DNA from: Auanema rhodensis
Taxonomy: Eukaryota; Animalia; Nematoda
Direction: 5' to 3'
NCBI GenBank assembly: GCA_964057225.1
Contig: OZ059900.1
Span: forward strand, 7,998,001 to 8,062,000
DNA length: 64,000 nt
Under the pieces are notes generated by a model. That model searched no databases. It was not told the DNA's origin and was given only the letters and a program-made list of their open reading frames with translations. Below, in pieces: positions 1-14,559 of this stretch. Numbering within the stretch: the first letter of the stretch is position 1; the number at the start of each line of letters is the position of its first letter. The position numbers were made by a program, and so were the translations under genes.

Positions 1-319
1 ATGGATTTGAAATTCAGGATTCATAAACGTTGACTATTTTTACATATATATGTTCAATTTTAACCACTTTGGTCAAAAAGGACCGAAAATATCAAGAATT
101 ATTGGTTTTTTGGGGTTTGAAGGGTATTTTGGCAAAATCAGTCAAACTTTTGATCTTAAGCATATTTTTTTCTTCTAAAACGACTAAATGTATGAAATAC
201 TGTCATAGAATGTTCATATAGGTGTATTTTGCACGAATATCAAAACTGATTGAAATATGGGCCTTTTTATGTTCAAAACGCCATATATTCAACGATTTTG
301 GGTACAAAACATGTGAAAA

Positions 320-340
320 CTGTATGTTTCAGGATTCATA
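320..340. other. 33-bp deletion junction (315-bp monomer)
   Basis: The sequence reads tgtatgttt|caggattc at 329/330, lacking tgatcagaccctttgagatatggatttgaaatt. ORF spacing from 30 to 345 is 315 = 348-33. Confidence 0.95.
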
Positions 341-3300
341 AACTTTGACTATTTTTACATATATATGTTCAATTTTAACCACTTTGGTCAAGAAGGACCG
401 AAAATATCAAGAATTATTGGTTTTTTGGGGTTTGAAGGGCATTTTGGCAAAATCAGTCAAACTTTTGATCTTAAGCATATTTTTTTCTTCTAAAACGACT
501 AAATGTATGAAATACTGTCAAAGAATGTTCATATAGGTGTATTTTGCACGAATATCAAAACTGATTGAAATATGGGCCTTTTTATGCTCAAAACGCCATA
601 TATTCAACGATTTTGGGTACAAAACATGTGAAAACTGTATGTTTTGATCAGACCCTTTGAGATATGGATTTGAAATTCAGGATTCATAAACTTTGACTAT
701 TTTTACATATATATGTTCAATTGTAACCACTTTGGTCAAAAAGGACCGAAAATATCAAGAATTATTGGTTTTTTAGGGTTTGAAGGGCATTTTGGCAAAA
801 TCAGTCAAACTTTTGATCTTAAGCATATTTTTTTCTTCTAAAACGACTAAATGTATGAAATACTGTCAAAGAATGTTCATATAGGTGTATTTTGCACGAA
901 TATCAAAACTGATTGAAATATGGGCCTTTTTATGCTCAAAACGCCATATATTCAACGATTTTGGGTACAAAACATGTGAAAACTGTATGTTTTGATCAGA
1001 CCCTTTGAGATATGGATTTAAAATTCAGGATTCATAAAATTCGACTATTTTTACATATATATGTCCAATTTTAACCACTTTGGTCAAAAAGGACCGAAAA
1101 TATCAAGAATTATTGGTTTTTTGGGGTTTGAAGGGCATTTTGGCAAAATCAGTCAAACTTTTGATCTTAAGCATATTTTTTTCTTCTAAAACGACTAAAT
1201 GTATGAAATACTGTCATAGAATGTTCATATAGGTGTATTTTGCACGAATATCAAAACTGATTGAAATATGGGCCTTTTTATGCTCAAAACGCCATATATT
1301 CAACGATTTTGGGTACAAAACATGTGAAAACTGTATGTTTTGATCAGACCCTTTGAGATATGGATTTGAAATTCAGGATTCATAAACTTCGACTATTTCT
1401 ACATATATATGTCCAATTTTAACCACTTTGGTCAAAAAGGACTGAAAATATCAAGAATTATTGGTTTTTTGGGGTTTGAAGGGCATTTTGGCAAAATCAG
1501 TCAAACTTTTGATCTTAAGCATATTTTTTTTTCTAAAACGACTAAATGTATGAAATACTGTCAAAGAATGTTCATATAGGTGTATTTTGCACGAATATCA
1601 AAACTGATTGAAATATGGGCCTTTTTATGCTCAAAACGCCATATATTCAACGATTTTGGGTACAAAACATGTGAAAACTGTATGTTTTGATCAGACCCTT
1701 TGAGATATGGATTTGAAATTCAGGATTCATAAACTTTGACTATTTTTACATATATATGTTCAATTTTAACCACTTTGGTCAAAAAGGACCGAAAATATCA
1801 AGAATTATTGGTTTTTTAGGGTTTGAAGGGCATTTTGGCAAAATCAGTCAAACTTTTGATCTTAAGCATATTTTTTTCTTCTAAAACGACTAAATGTATG
1901 AAATACTGTCATAGAATGTTCATATAGGTGTATTTTGCACGAATATCAAAACTGATTGAAATATGGGCCTTTTTATGTTCAAAACGCCATATATTCAACG
2001 ATTTTGGGTACAAAACATGTGAAAACTGTATGTTTTGATCAGACCCTTTGAGATATGGATTTGAAATTCAGGATTCATAAACTTTGACTATTTTTACATA
2101 TATATGTCCAAATTTAACCACTTTGGTCAAAAAGGACCGAGAATATCAAGAATTATTGGTTTTTTGGGGATTGAAGGGCATTTTGGCAAAATCAGTCAAA
2201 CTTTTGATCTTAAGCATATTTTTTTCTTCTAAAACGACTAAATGTATGAAATACTGTCATAGAATGTTCATATAGGTGTATTTTGCACGAGTATCAAAAC
2301 TGATTGAAATATGGGCCTTTTTATGCTCAAAACGCCATATATTCAACGATTTTGGGTACAAAACATGTGAAAACTGTATGTTTTGATCAGACCCTTTGAG
2401 ATATGGATTTGAAATTCAGGATTCATAAACTTTGACTATTTTTACATATATATGTTCAATTTTAACCACTTTGGTCAAGAAGGACCGAAAATATCAAGAA
2501 TTATTGGTTTTTTGGGGTTTGAAGGGCATTTTGGCAAAATCAGTCAAACTTTTGATCTTAAGCATATTTTTTTTTTCTAAAACGACTAAATGTATGAAAT
2601 ACTGTCATAGAATGTTCATATAGGTGTATTTTGCACGAATATCAAAACTGATTGAAATATGGGCCTTTTTATGCTCAAAACGCCATATATTCAACGATTT
2701 TGGGTACAAAACATGTGAAAACTGTATGTTTTGATCAGACCCTTTGAGATATGGATTTGAAATTCAGGATTCATAAACTTCGACTATTTCTACATATATA
2801 TGTCCAATTTTAACCACTTTGGTCAAAAAGGACCGAAAATATCAAGAATTATTGGTTTTTTGGGGTTTGAAGGGCATTTTGGCAAAATCAGTCAAACTTT
2901 TGATCTTAAGCATATTTTTTTTTCTAAAACGACTAAATGTATGAAATACTGTCAAAGAATGTTCATATAGGTGTATTTTGCACGAATATCAAAACTGATT
3001 GAAATATGGGCCTTTTTATGCTCAAAACGCCATATATTCAACGATTTTGGGTACAAAACATGTGAAAACTGTATGTTTTGATCAGACCCTTTGAGATATG
3101 GATTTGAAATTCAGGATTCATAAACGTTGACTATTTTTACATATATATGTTCAATTTTAACCACTTTGGTCAAAAAGGACCGAAAATATCAAGAATTATT
3201 GGTTTTTTGGGGTTTGAAGGGTATTTTGGCAAAATCAGTCAAACTTTTGATCTTAAGCATATTTTTTTCTTCTAAAACGACTAAATGTATGAAATACTGT

Positions 3301-6300
3301 CATAGAATGTTCATATAGGTGTATTTTGCACGAATATCAAAACTGATTGAAATATGGGCCTTTTTATGTTCAAAACGCCATATATTCAACGATTTTGGGT
3401 ACAAAACATGTGAAAACTGTATGTTTTGATCAGACCCTTTGAGATATGGATTTGAAATTCAGGATTCATAAACTTTGACTATTTTTACATATATATGTTC
3501 AATTTTAACCACTTTGGTCAAGAAGGACCGAAAATATCAAGAATTATTGGTTTTTTGGGGTTTGAAGGGCATTTTGGCAAAATCAGTCAAACTTTTGATC
3601 TTAAGCATATTTTTTTCTTCTAAAACGACTAAATGTATGAAATACTGTCAAAGAATGTTCATATAGGTGTATTTTGCACGAATATCAAAACTGATTGAAA
3701 TATGGGCCTTTTTATGCTCAAAACGCCATATATTCAACGATTTTGGGTACAAAACATGTGAAAACTGTATGTTTTGATCAGACCCTTTGAGATATGGATT
3801 TGGAATTCAGGATTCATAAACTTTGACTATTTTTACATATATATGTTCAATTTTAACCACTTTGGTCAAAAAGGACCGAAAATATCAAGAATTATTGGTT
3901 TTTTGGGGTTTGAAGGGCATTTTGGCTAAATCAGTCAAACTTTTGATCTTAAGCATATTTTTTTCTTCTAAAACGACTAAATGTATGAAATACTGTCATA
4001 GAATGTTCATATAGGTGTATTTTGCACGAATATCAAAACTGATTGAAATATGGGTCTTTTTATGTTCAAAACGCCATATATTCAACGATTTTGGGTACAA
4101 AACATGTGAAAACTGTATGTTTTGATCAGACCCTTTGAGATATGGATTTGAAATTCAGGATTCATAAACTTTGACTATTTTTACATATATATGTTCAATT
4201 TTAACCACTTTGGTCAAGAAGGACCGAAAATATCAAGAATTATTGGTTTTTTGGGGTTTGAAGGGCATTTTGGCAAAATCAGTCAAACTTTTGATCTTAA
4301 GCATATTTTTTTCTTCTAAAACGACTAAATGTATGAAATACTGTCAAAGAATGTTCATATAGGTGTATTTTGCACGAATATCAAAACTGATTGAAATATG
4401 GGCCTTTTTATGCTCAAAACGCCATATATTCAACGATTTTGGGTACAAAACATGTGAAAACTGTATGTTTTGATCAGACCCTTTGAGATATGGATTTGAA
4501 ATTCAGGATTCATAAACTTTGACTATTTTTACATATATATGTTCAATTGTAACCACTTTGGTCAAAAAGGACCGAAAATATCAAGAATTATTGGTTTTTT
4601 AGGGTTTGAAGGGCATTTTGGCAAAATCAGTCAAACTTTTGATCTTAAGCATATTTTTTTCTTCTAAAACGACTAAATGTATGAAATACTGTCAAAGAAT
4701 GTTCATATAGGTGTATTTTGCACGAATATCAAAACTGATTGAAATATGGGCCTTTTTATGCTCAAAACGCCATATATTCAACGATTTTGGGTACAAAACA
4801 TGTGAAAACTGTATGTTTTGATCAGACCCTTTGAGATATGGATTTAAAATTCAGGATTCATAAAATTCGACTATTTTTACATATATATGTCCAATTTTAA
4901 CCACTTTGGTCAAAAAGGACCGAAAATATCAAGAATTATTGGTTTTTTGGGGTTTGAAGGGCATTTTGGCAAAATCAGTCAAACTTTTGATCTTAAGCAT
5001 ATTTTTTTCTTCTAAAACGACTAAATGTATGAAATACTGTCATAGAATGTTCATATAGGTGTATTTTGCACGAATATCAAAACTGATTGAAATATGGGCC
5101 TTTTTATGCTCAAAACGCCATATATTCAACGATTTTGGGTACAAAACATGTGAAAACTGTATGTTTTGATCAGACCCTTTGAGATATGGATTTGAAATTC
5201 AGGATTCATAAACTTCGACTATTTCTACATATATATGTCCAATTTTAACCACTTTGGTCAAAAAGGACCGAAAATATCAAGAATTATTGGTTTTTTGGGG
5301 TTTGAAGGGCATTTTGGCAAAATCAGTCAAACTTTTGATCTTAAGCATATTTTTTTTTCTAAAACGACTAAATGTATGAAATACTGTCAAAGAATGTTCA
5401 TATAGGTGTATTTTGCACGAATATCAAAACTGATTGAAATATGGGCCTTTTTATGCTCAAAACGCCATATATTCAACGATTTTGGGTACAAAACATGTGA
5501 AAACTGTATGTTTTGATCAGACCCTTTGAGATATGGATTTGAAATTCAGGATTCATAAACTTTGACTATTTTTACATATATATGTTCAATTTTAACCACT
5601 TTGGTCAAAAAGGACCGAAAATATCAAGAATTATTGGTTTTTTAGGGTTTGAAGGGCATTTTGGCAAAATCAGTCAAACTTTTGATCTTAAGCATATTTT
5701 TTTCTTCTAAAACGACTAAATGTATGAAATACTGTCATAGAATGTTCATATAGGTGTATTTTGCACGAATATCAAAACTGATTGAAATGTGGGCCTTTTT
5801 ATGTTCAAAACGCCATATATTCAACGATTTTGGGTACAAAACATGTGAAAACTGTATGTTTTGATCAGACCCTTTGAGATATGGATTTGAAATTCAGGAT
5901 TCATAAACTTTGACTATTTTTACATATATATGTCCAAATTTAACCACTTTGGTCAAAAAGGACCGAGAATATCAAGAATTATTGGTTTTTTGGGGATTGA
6001 AGGGCATTTTGGCAAAATCAGTCAAACTTTTGATCTTAAGCATATTTTTTTCTTCTAAAACGACTAAATGTATGAAATACTGTCATAGAATGTTCATATA
6101 GGTGTATTTTGCACGAATATCAAAACTGATTGAAATATGGGCCTTTTTATGCTCAAAACGCCATATATTCAACGATTTTGGGTACAAAACATGTGAAAAC
6201 TGTATGTTTTGATCAGACCCTTTGAGATATGGATTTGAAATTCAGGATTCATAAACTTTGACTATTTTTACATATATATGTTCAATTTTAACCACTTTGG

Positions 6301-6780
6301 TCAAGAAGGACCGAAAATATCAAGAATTATTGGTTTTTTGGGGTTTGAAGGGCATTTTGGCAAAATCAGTCAAACTTTTGATCTTAAGCATATTTTTTTT
6401 TTCTAAAACGACTAAATGTATGAAATACTGTCATAGAATGTTCATATAGGTGTATTTTGCACGAATATCAAAACTGATTGAAATATGGGCCTTTTTATGC
6501 TCAAAACGCCATATATTCAACGATTTTGGGTACAAAACATGTGAAAACTGTATGTTTTGATCAGACCCTTTGAGATATGGATTTGAAATTCAGGATTCAT
6601 AAACTTCGACTATTTCTACATATATATGTCCAATTTTAACCACTTTGGTCAAAAAGGACCGAAAATATCAAGAATTATTGGTTTTTTGGGGTTTGAAGGG
6701 CATTTTGGCAAAATCAGTCAAACTTTTGATCTTAAGCATATTTTTTTTTCTAAAACGACTAAATGTATGAAATACTGTCA
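330..6780. repeat. Duplication at 11-monomer (3826 bp) spacing, overlapping and largely nested in the 19-mer
   Basis: The monomer-type order at about 330-2950 repeats at about 4156-6780. ORF variants pair as 345/4171, 2084/5910 and 2432/6258. Confidence 0.85.
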
Positions 6781-9700
6781 TAGAATGTTCATATAGGTGT
6801 ATTTTGCACGAATATCAAAACTGATTGAAATATGGGCCTTTTTATGTTCAAAACGCCATATATTCAACGATTTTGGGTACAAAACATGTGAAAACTGTAT
6901 GTTTTGATCAGACCCTTTGAGATATGGATTTGAAATTCAGGATTCATAAACTTTGACTATTTTTACATATATATGTCCAAATTTAACCACTTTGGTCAAA
7001 AAGGACCGAGAATATCAAGAATTATTGGTTTTTTGGGGATTGAAGGGCATTTTGGCAAAATCAGTCAAACTTTTGATCTTAAGCATATTTTTTTCTTCTA
7101 AAACGACTAAATGTATGAAATACTGTCATAGAATGTTCATATAGGTGTATTTTGCACGAATATCAAAACTGATTGAAATATGGGCCTTTTTATGCTCAAA
7201 ACGCCATATATTCAACGATTTTGGGTACAAAACATGTGAAAACTGTATGTTTTGATCAGACCCTTTGAGATATGGATTTGAAATTCAGGATTCATAAACT
7301 TTGACTATTTTTACATATATATGTTCAATTTTAACCACTTTGGTCAAGAAGGACCGAAAATATCAAGAATTATTGGTTTTTTGGGGTTTGAAGGGCATTT
7401 TGGCAAAATCAGTCAAACTTTTGATCTTAAGCATATTTTTTTTTTCTAAAACGACTAAATGTATGAAATACTGTCATAGAATGTTCATATAGGTGTATTT
7501 TGCACGAATATCAAAACTGATTGAAATATGGGCCTTTTTATGCTCAAAACGCCATATATTCAACGATTTTGGGTACAAAACATGTGAAAACTGTATGTTT
7601 TGATCAGACCCTTTGAGATATGGATTTGAAATTCAGGATTCATAAACTTCGACTATTTCTACATATATATGTCCAATTTTAACCACTTTGGTCAAAAAGG
7701 ACCGAAAATATCAAGAATTATTGGTTTTTTGGGGTTTGAAGGGCATTTTGGCAAAATCAGTCAAACTTTTGATCTTAAGCATATTTTTTTCTTCTAAAAC
7801 GACTAAATGTATGAAATACTGTCATAGAATGTTCATATAGGTGTATTTTGCACGAATATCAAAACTGATTGAAATATGGGCCTTTTTATGCTCAAAACGC
7901 CATATATTCAACGATTTTGGGTACAAAACATGTGAAAACTGTATGTTTTGATCAGACCCTTTGAGATATGGATTTGAAATTCAGGATTCATAAACTTCGA
8001 CTATTTCTACATATATATGTCCAATTTTAACCACTTTGGTCAAAAAGGACTGAAAATATCAAGAATTATTGGTTTTTTGGGGTTTGAAGGGCATTTTGGC
8101 AAAATCAGTCAAACTTTTGATCTTAAGCATATTTTTTTTTCTAAAACGACTAAATGTATGAAATACTGTCAAAGAATGTTCATATAGGTGTATTTTGCAC
8201 GAATATCAAAACTGATTGAAATATGGGCCTTTTTATGCTCAAAACGCCATATATTCAACGATTTTGGGTACAAAACATGTGAAAACTGTATGTTTTGATC
8301 AGACCCTTTGAGATATGGATTTGAAATTCAGGATTCATAAACTTTGACTATTTTTACATATATATGTTCAATTTTAACCACTTTGGTCAAAAAGGACCGA
8401 AAATATCAAGAATTATTGGTTTTTTAGGGTTTGAAGGGCATTTTGGCAAAATCAGTCAAACTTTTGATCTTAAGCATATTTTTTTCTTCTAAAACGACTA
8501 AATGTATGAAATACTGTCATAGAATGTTCATATAGGTGTATTTTGCACGAATATCAAAACTGATTGAAATATGGGCCTTTTTATGTTCAAAACGCCATAT
8601 ATTCAACGATTTTGGGTACAAAACATGTGAAAACTGTATGTTTTGATCAGACCCTTTGAGATATGGATTTGAAATTCAGGATTCATAAACTTTGACTATT
8701 TTTACATATATATGTCCAAATTTAACCACTTTGGTCAAAAAGGACCGAGAATATCAAGAATTATTGGTTTTTTGGGGATTGAAGGGCATTTTGGCAAAAT
8801 CAGTCAAACTTTTGATCTTAAGCATATTTTTTTCTTCTAAAACGACTAAATGTATGAAATACTGTCATAGAATGTTCATATAGGTGTATTTTGCACGAGT
8901 ATCAAAACTGATTGAAATATGGGCCTTTTTATGCTCAAAACGCCATATATTCAACGATTTTGGGTACAAAACATGTGAAAACTGTATGTTTTGATCAGAC
9001 CCTTTGAGATATGGATTTGAAATTCAGGATTCATAAACTTTGACTATTTTTACATATATATGTTCAATTTTAACCACTTTGGTCAAGAAGGACCGAAAAT
9101 ATCAAGAATTATTGGTTTTTTGGGGTTTGAAGGGCATTTTGGCAAAATCAGTCAAACTTTTGATCTTAAGCATATTTTTTTTTTCTAAAACGACTAAATG
9201 TATGAAATACTGTCATAGAATGTTCATATAGGTGTATTTTGCACGAATATCAAAACTGATTGAAATATGGGCCTTTTTATGCTCAAAACGCCATATATTC
9301 AACGATTTTGGGTACAAAACATGTGAAAACTGTATGTTTTGATCAGACCCTTTGAGATATGGATTTGAAATTCAGGATTCATAAACTTCGACTATTTCTA
9401 CATATATATGTCCAATTTTAACCACTTTGGTCAAAAAGGACCGAAAATATCAAGAATTATTGGTTTTTTGGGGTTTGAAGGGCATTTTGGCAAAATCAGT
9501 CAAACTTTTGATCTTAAGCATATTTTTTTTTCTAAAACGACTAAATGTATGAAATACTGTCAAAGAATGTTCATATAGGTGTATTTTGCACGAATATCAA
9601 AACTGATTGAAATATGGGCCTTTTTATGCTCAAAACGCCATATATTCAACGATTTTGGGTACAAAACATGTGAAAACTGTATGTTTTGATCAGACCCTTT

Positions 9701-12700
9701 GAGATATGGATTTGAAATTCAGGATTCATAAACGTTGACTATTTTTACATATATATGTTCAATTTTAACCACTTTGGTCAAAAAGGACCGAAAATATCAA
9801 GAATTATTGGTTTTTTGGGGTTTGAAGGGTATTTTGGCAAAATCAGTCAAACTTTTGATCTTAAGCATATTTTTTTCTTCTAAAACGACTAAATGTATGA
9901 AATACTGTCATAGAATGTTCATATAGGTGTATTTTGCACGAATATCAAAACTGATTGAAATATGGGCCTTTTTATGTTCAAAACGCCATATATTCAACGA
10001 TTTTGGGTACAAAACATGTGAAAACTGTATGTTTTGATCAGACCCTTTGAGATATGGATTTGAAATTCAGGATTCATAAACTTTGACTATTTTTACATAT
10101 ATATGTTCAATTTTAACCACTTTGGTCAAGAAGGACCGAAAATATCAAGAATTATTGGTTTTTTGGGGTTTGAAGGGCATTTTGGCAAAATCAGTCAAAC
10201 TTTTGATCTTAAGCATATTTTTTTCTTCTAAAACGACTAAATGTATGAAATACTGTCAAAGAATGTTCATATAGGTGTATTTTGCACGAATATCAAAACT
10301 GATTGAAATATGGGCCTTTTTATGCTCAAAACGCCATATATTCAACGATTTTGGGTACAAAACATGTGAAAACTGTATGTTTTGATCAGACCCTTTGAGA
10401 TATGGATTTGGAATTCAGGATTCATAAACTTTGACTATTTTTACATATATATGTTCAATTTTAACCACTTTGGTCAAAAAGGACCGAAAATATCAAGAAT
10501 TATTGGTTTTTTGGGGTTTGAAGGGCATTTTGGCTAAATCAGTCAAACTTTTGATCTTAAGCATATTTTTTTCTTCTAAAACGACTAAATGTATGAAATA
10601 CTGTCATAGAATGTTCATATAGGTGTATTTTGCACGAATATCAAAACTGATTGAAATATGGGTCTTTTTATGTTCAAAACGCCATATATTCAACGATTTT
10701 GGGTACAAAACATGTGAAAACTGTATGTTTTGATCAGACCCTTTGAGATATGGATTTGAAATTCAGGATTCATAAACTTTGACTATTTTTACATATATAT
10801 GTTCAATTTTAACCACTTTGGTCAAGAAGGACCGAAAATATCAAGAATTATTGGTTTTTTGGGGTTTGAAGGGCATTTTGGCAAAATCAGTCAAACTTTT
10901 GATCTTAAGCATATTTTTTTCTTCTAAAACGACTAAATGTATGAAATACTGTCAAAGAATGTTCATATAGGTGTATTTTGCACGAATATCAAAACTGATT
11001 GAAATATGGGCCTTTTTATGCTCAAAACGCCATATATTCAACGATTTTGGGTACAAAACATGTGAAAACTGTATGTTTTGATCAGACCCTTTGAGATATG
11101 GATTTGAAATTCAGGATTCATAAACTTTGACTATTTTTACATATATATGTTCAATTGTAACCACTTTGGTCAAAAAGGACCGAAAATATCAAGAATTATT
11201 GGTTTTTTAGGGTTTGAAGGGCATTTTGGCAAAATCAGTCAAACTTTTGATCTTAAGCATATTTTTTTCTTCTAAAACGACTAAATGTATGAAATACTGT
11301 CAAAGAATGTTCATATAGGTGTATTTTGCACGAATATCAAAACTGATTGAAATATGGGCCTTTTTATGCTCAAAACGCCATATATTCAACGATTTTGGGT
11401 ACAAAACATGTGAAAACTGTATGTTTTGATCAGACCCTTTGAGATATGGATTTAAAATTCAGGATTCATAAAATTCGACTATTTTTACATATATATGTCC
11501 AATTTTAACCACTTTGGTCAAAAAGGACCGAAAATATCAAGAATTATTGGTTTTTTGGGGTTTGAAGGGCATTTTGGCAAAATCAGTCAAACTTTTGATC
11601 TTAAGCATATTTTTTTCTTCTAAAACGACTAAATGTATGAAATACTGTCATAGAATGTTCATATAGGTGTATTTTGCACGAATATCAAAACTGATTGAAA
11701 TATGGGCCTTTTTATGCTCAAAACGCCATATATTCAACGATTTTGGGTACAAAACATGTGAAAACTGTATGTTTTGATCAGACCCTTTGAGATATGGATT
11801 TGAAATTCAGGATTCATAAACTTCGACTATTTCTACATATATATGTCCAATTTTAACCACTTTGGTCAAAAAGGACCGAAAATATCAAGAATTATTGGTT
11901 TTTTGGGGTTTGAAGGGCATTTTGGCAAAATCAGTCAAACTTTTGATCTTAAGCATATTTTTTTTTCTAAAACGACTAAATGTATGAAATACTGTCAAAG
12001 AATGTTCATATAGGTGTATTTTGCACGAATATCAAAACTGATTGAAATATGGGCCTTTTTATGCTCAAAACGCCATATATTCAACGATTTTGGGTACAAA
12101 ACATGTGAAAACTGTATGTTTTGATCAGACCCTTTGAGATATGGATTTGAAATTCAGGATTCATAAACTTTGACTATTTTTACATATATATGTTCAATTT
12201 TAACCACTTTGGTCAAAAAGGACCGAAAATATCAAGAATTATTGGTTTTTTAGGGTTTGAAGGGCATTTTGGCAAAATCAGTCAAACTTTTGATCTTAAG
12301 CATATTTTTTTCTTCTAAAACGACTAAATGTATGAAATACTGTCATAGAATGTTCATATAGGTGTATTTTGCACGAATATCAAAACTGATTGAAATGTGG
12401 GCCTTTTTATGTTCAAAACGCCATATATTCAACGATTTTGGGTACAAAACATGTGAAAACTGTATGTTTTGATCAGACCCTTTGAGATATGGATTTGAAA
12501 TTCAGGATTCATAAACTTTGACTATTTTTACATATATATGTCCAAATTTAACCACTTTGGTCAAAAAGGACCGAGAATATCAAGAATTATTGGTTTTTTG
12601 GGGATTGAAGGGCATTTTGGCAAAATCAGTCAAACTTTTGATCTTAAGCATATTTTTTTCTTCTAAAACGACTAAATGTATGAAATACTGTCATAGAATG

Positions 12701-14388
12701 TTCATATAGGTGTATTTTGCACGAATATCAAAACTGATTGAAATATGGGCCTTTTTATGCTCAAAACGCCATATATTCAACGATTTTGGGTACAAAACAT
12801 GTGAAAACTGTATGTTTTGATCAGACCCTTTGAGATATGGATTTGAAATTCAGGATTCATAAACTTTGACTATTTTTACATATATATGTTCAATTTTAAC
12901 CACTTTGGTCAAGAAGGACCGAAAATATCAAGAATTATTGGTTTTTTGGGGTTTGAAGGGCATTTTGGCAAAATCAGTCAAACTTTTGATCTTAAGCATA
13001 TTTTTTTTTTCTAAAACGACTAAATGTATGAAATACTGTCATAGAATGTTCATATAGGTGTATTTTGCACGAATATCAAAACTGATTGAAATATGGGCCT
13101 TTTTATGCTCAAAACGCCATATATTCAACGATTTTGGGTACAAAACATGTGAAAACTGTATGTTTTGATCAGACCCTTTGAGATATGGATTTGAAATTCA
13201 GGATTCATAAACTTCGACTATTTCTACATATATATGTCCAATTTTAACCACTTTGGTCAAAAAGGACCGAAAATATCAAGAATTATTGGTTTTTTGGGGT
13301 TTGAAGGGCATTTTGGCAAAATCAGTCAAACTTTTGATCTTAAGCATATTTTTTTTTCTAAAACGACTAAATGTATGAAATACTGTCATAGAATGTTCAT
13401 ATAGGTGTATTTTGCACGAATATCAAAACTGATTGAAATATGGGCCTTTTTATGTTCAAAACGCCATATATTCAACGATTTTGGGTACAAAACATGTGAA
13501 AACTGTATGTTTTGATCAGACCCTTTGAGATATGGATTTGAAATTCAGGATTCATAAACTTTGACTATTTTTACATATATATGTCCAAATTTAACCACTT
13601 TGGTCAAAAAGGACCGAGAATATCAAGAATTATTGGTTTTTTGGGGATTGAAGGGCATTTTGGCAAAATCAGTCAAACTTTTGATCTTAAGCATATTTTT
13701 TTCTTCTAAAACGACTAAATGTATGAAATACTGTCATAGAATGTTCATATAGGTGTATTTTGCACGAATATCAAAACTGATTGAAATATGGGCCTTTTTA
13801 TGCTCAAAACGCCATATATTCAACGATTTTGGGTACAAAACATGTGAAAACTGTATGTTTTGATCAGACCCTTTGAGATATGGATTTGAAATTCAGGATT
13901 CATAAACTTTGACTATTTTTACATATATATGTTCAATTTTAACCACTTTGGTCAAGAAGGACCGAAAATATCAAGAATTATTGGTTTTTTGGGGTTTGAA
14001 GGGCATTTTGGCAAAATCAGTCAAACTTTTGATCTTAAGCATATTTTTTTTTTCTAAAACGACTAAATGTATGAAATACTGTCATAGAATGTTCATATAG
14101 GTGTATTTTGCACGAATATCAAAACTGATTGAAATATGGGCCTTTTTATGCTCAAAACGCCATATATTCAACGATTTTGGGTACAAAACATGTGAAAACT
14201 GTATGTTTTGATCAGACCCTTTGAGATATGGATTTGAAATTCAGGATTCATAAACTTCGACTATTTCTACATATATATGTCCAATTTTAACCACTTTGGT
14301 CAAAAAGGACCGAAAATATCAAGAATTATTGGTTTTTTGGGGTTTGAAGGGCATTTTGGCAAAATCAGTCAAACTTTTGATCTTAAGC
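1052..14388. repeat. 19-monomer higher-order repeat (6608 bp), two tandem copies
   Basis: Rare variants recur at exactly 6608 bp: ggacTga 1443/8051, cacgaGtat 2291/8899, tgGaattc 3803/10411, gggTctttt 4055/10663, gaaatGtgg 5789/12397. Confidence 0.93.
5881..6228 (+). repeat. Representative complete 348-bp monomer (arbitrary phase)
   Basis: Runs from atggatttga at 5881 to tttgagat at 6228, and the next copy starts at 6229. The consensus has about 105 G+C in 348 by hand count. Each monomer has one AflII (cttaag), one BclI (tgatca), one PciI (acatgt) and one RsaI (gtac) site. Confidence 0.97.
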
Positions 14389-14559
14389 ATATTTTTTTTT
14401 CTAAAACGACTAAATGTATGAAATACTGTCAAAGAATGTTCATATAGGTGTATTTTGCACGAATATCAAAACTGATTGAAATATGGGCCTTTTTATGCTC
14501 AAAACGCCATATATTCAACGATTTTGGGTACAAAACATGTGAAAACTGTATGTTTTGAT

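Noticed and set aside
771-778. Telomere-like TTTAGGG/TTAGGG motif in some left-domain monomers
   Set aside because: It is a single isolated motif created by one G>A change in ttttgggg and is never tandem.
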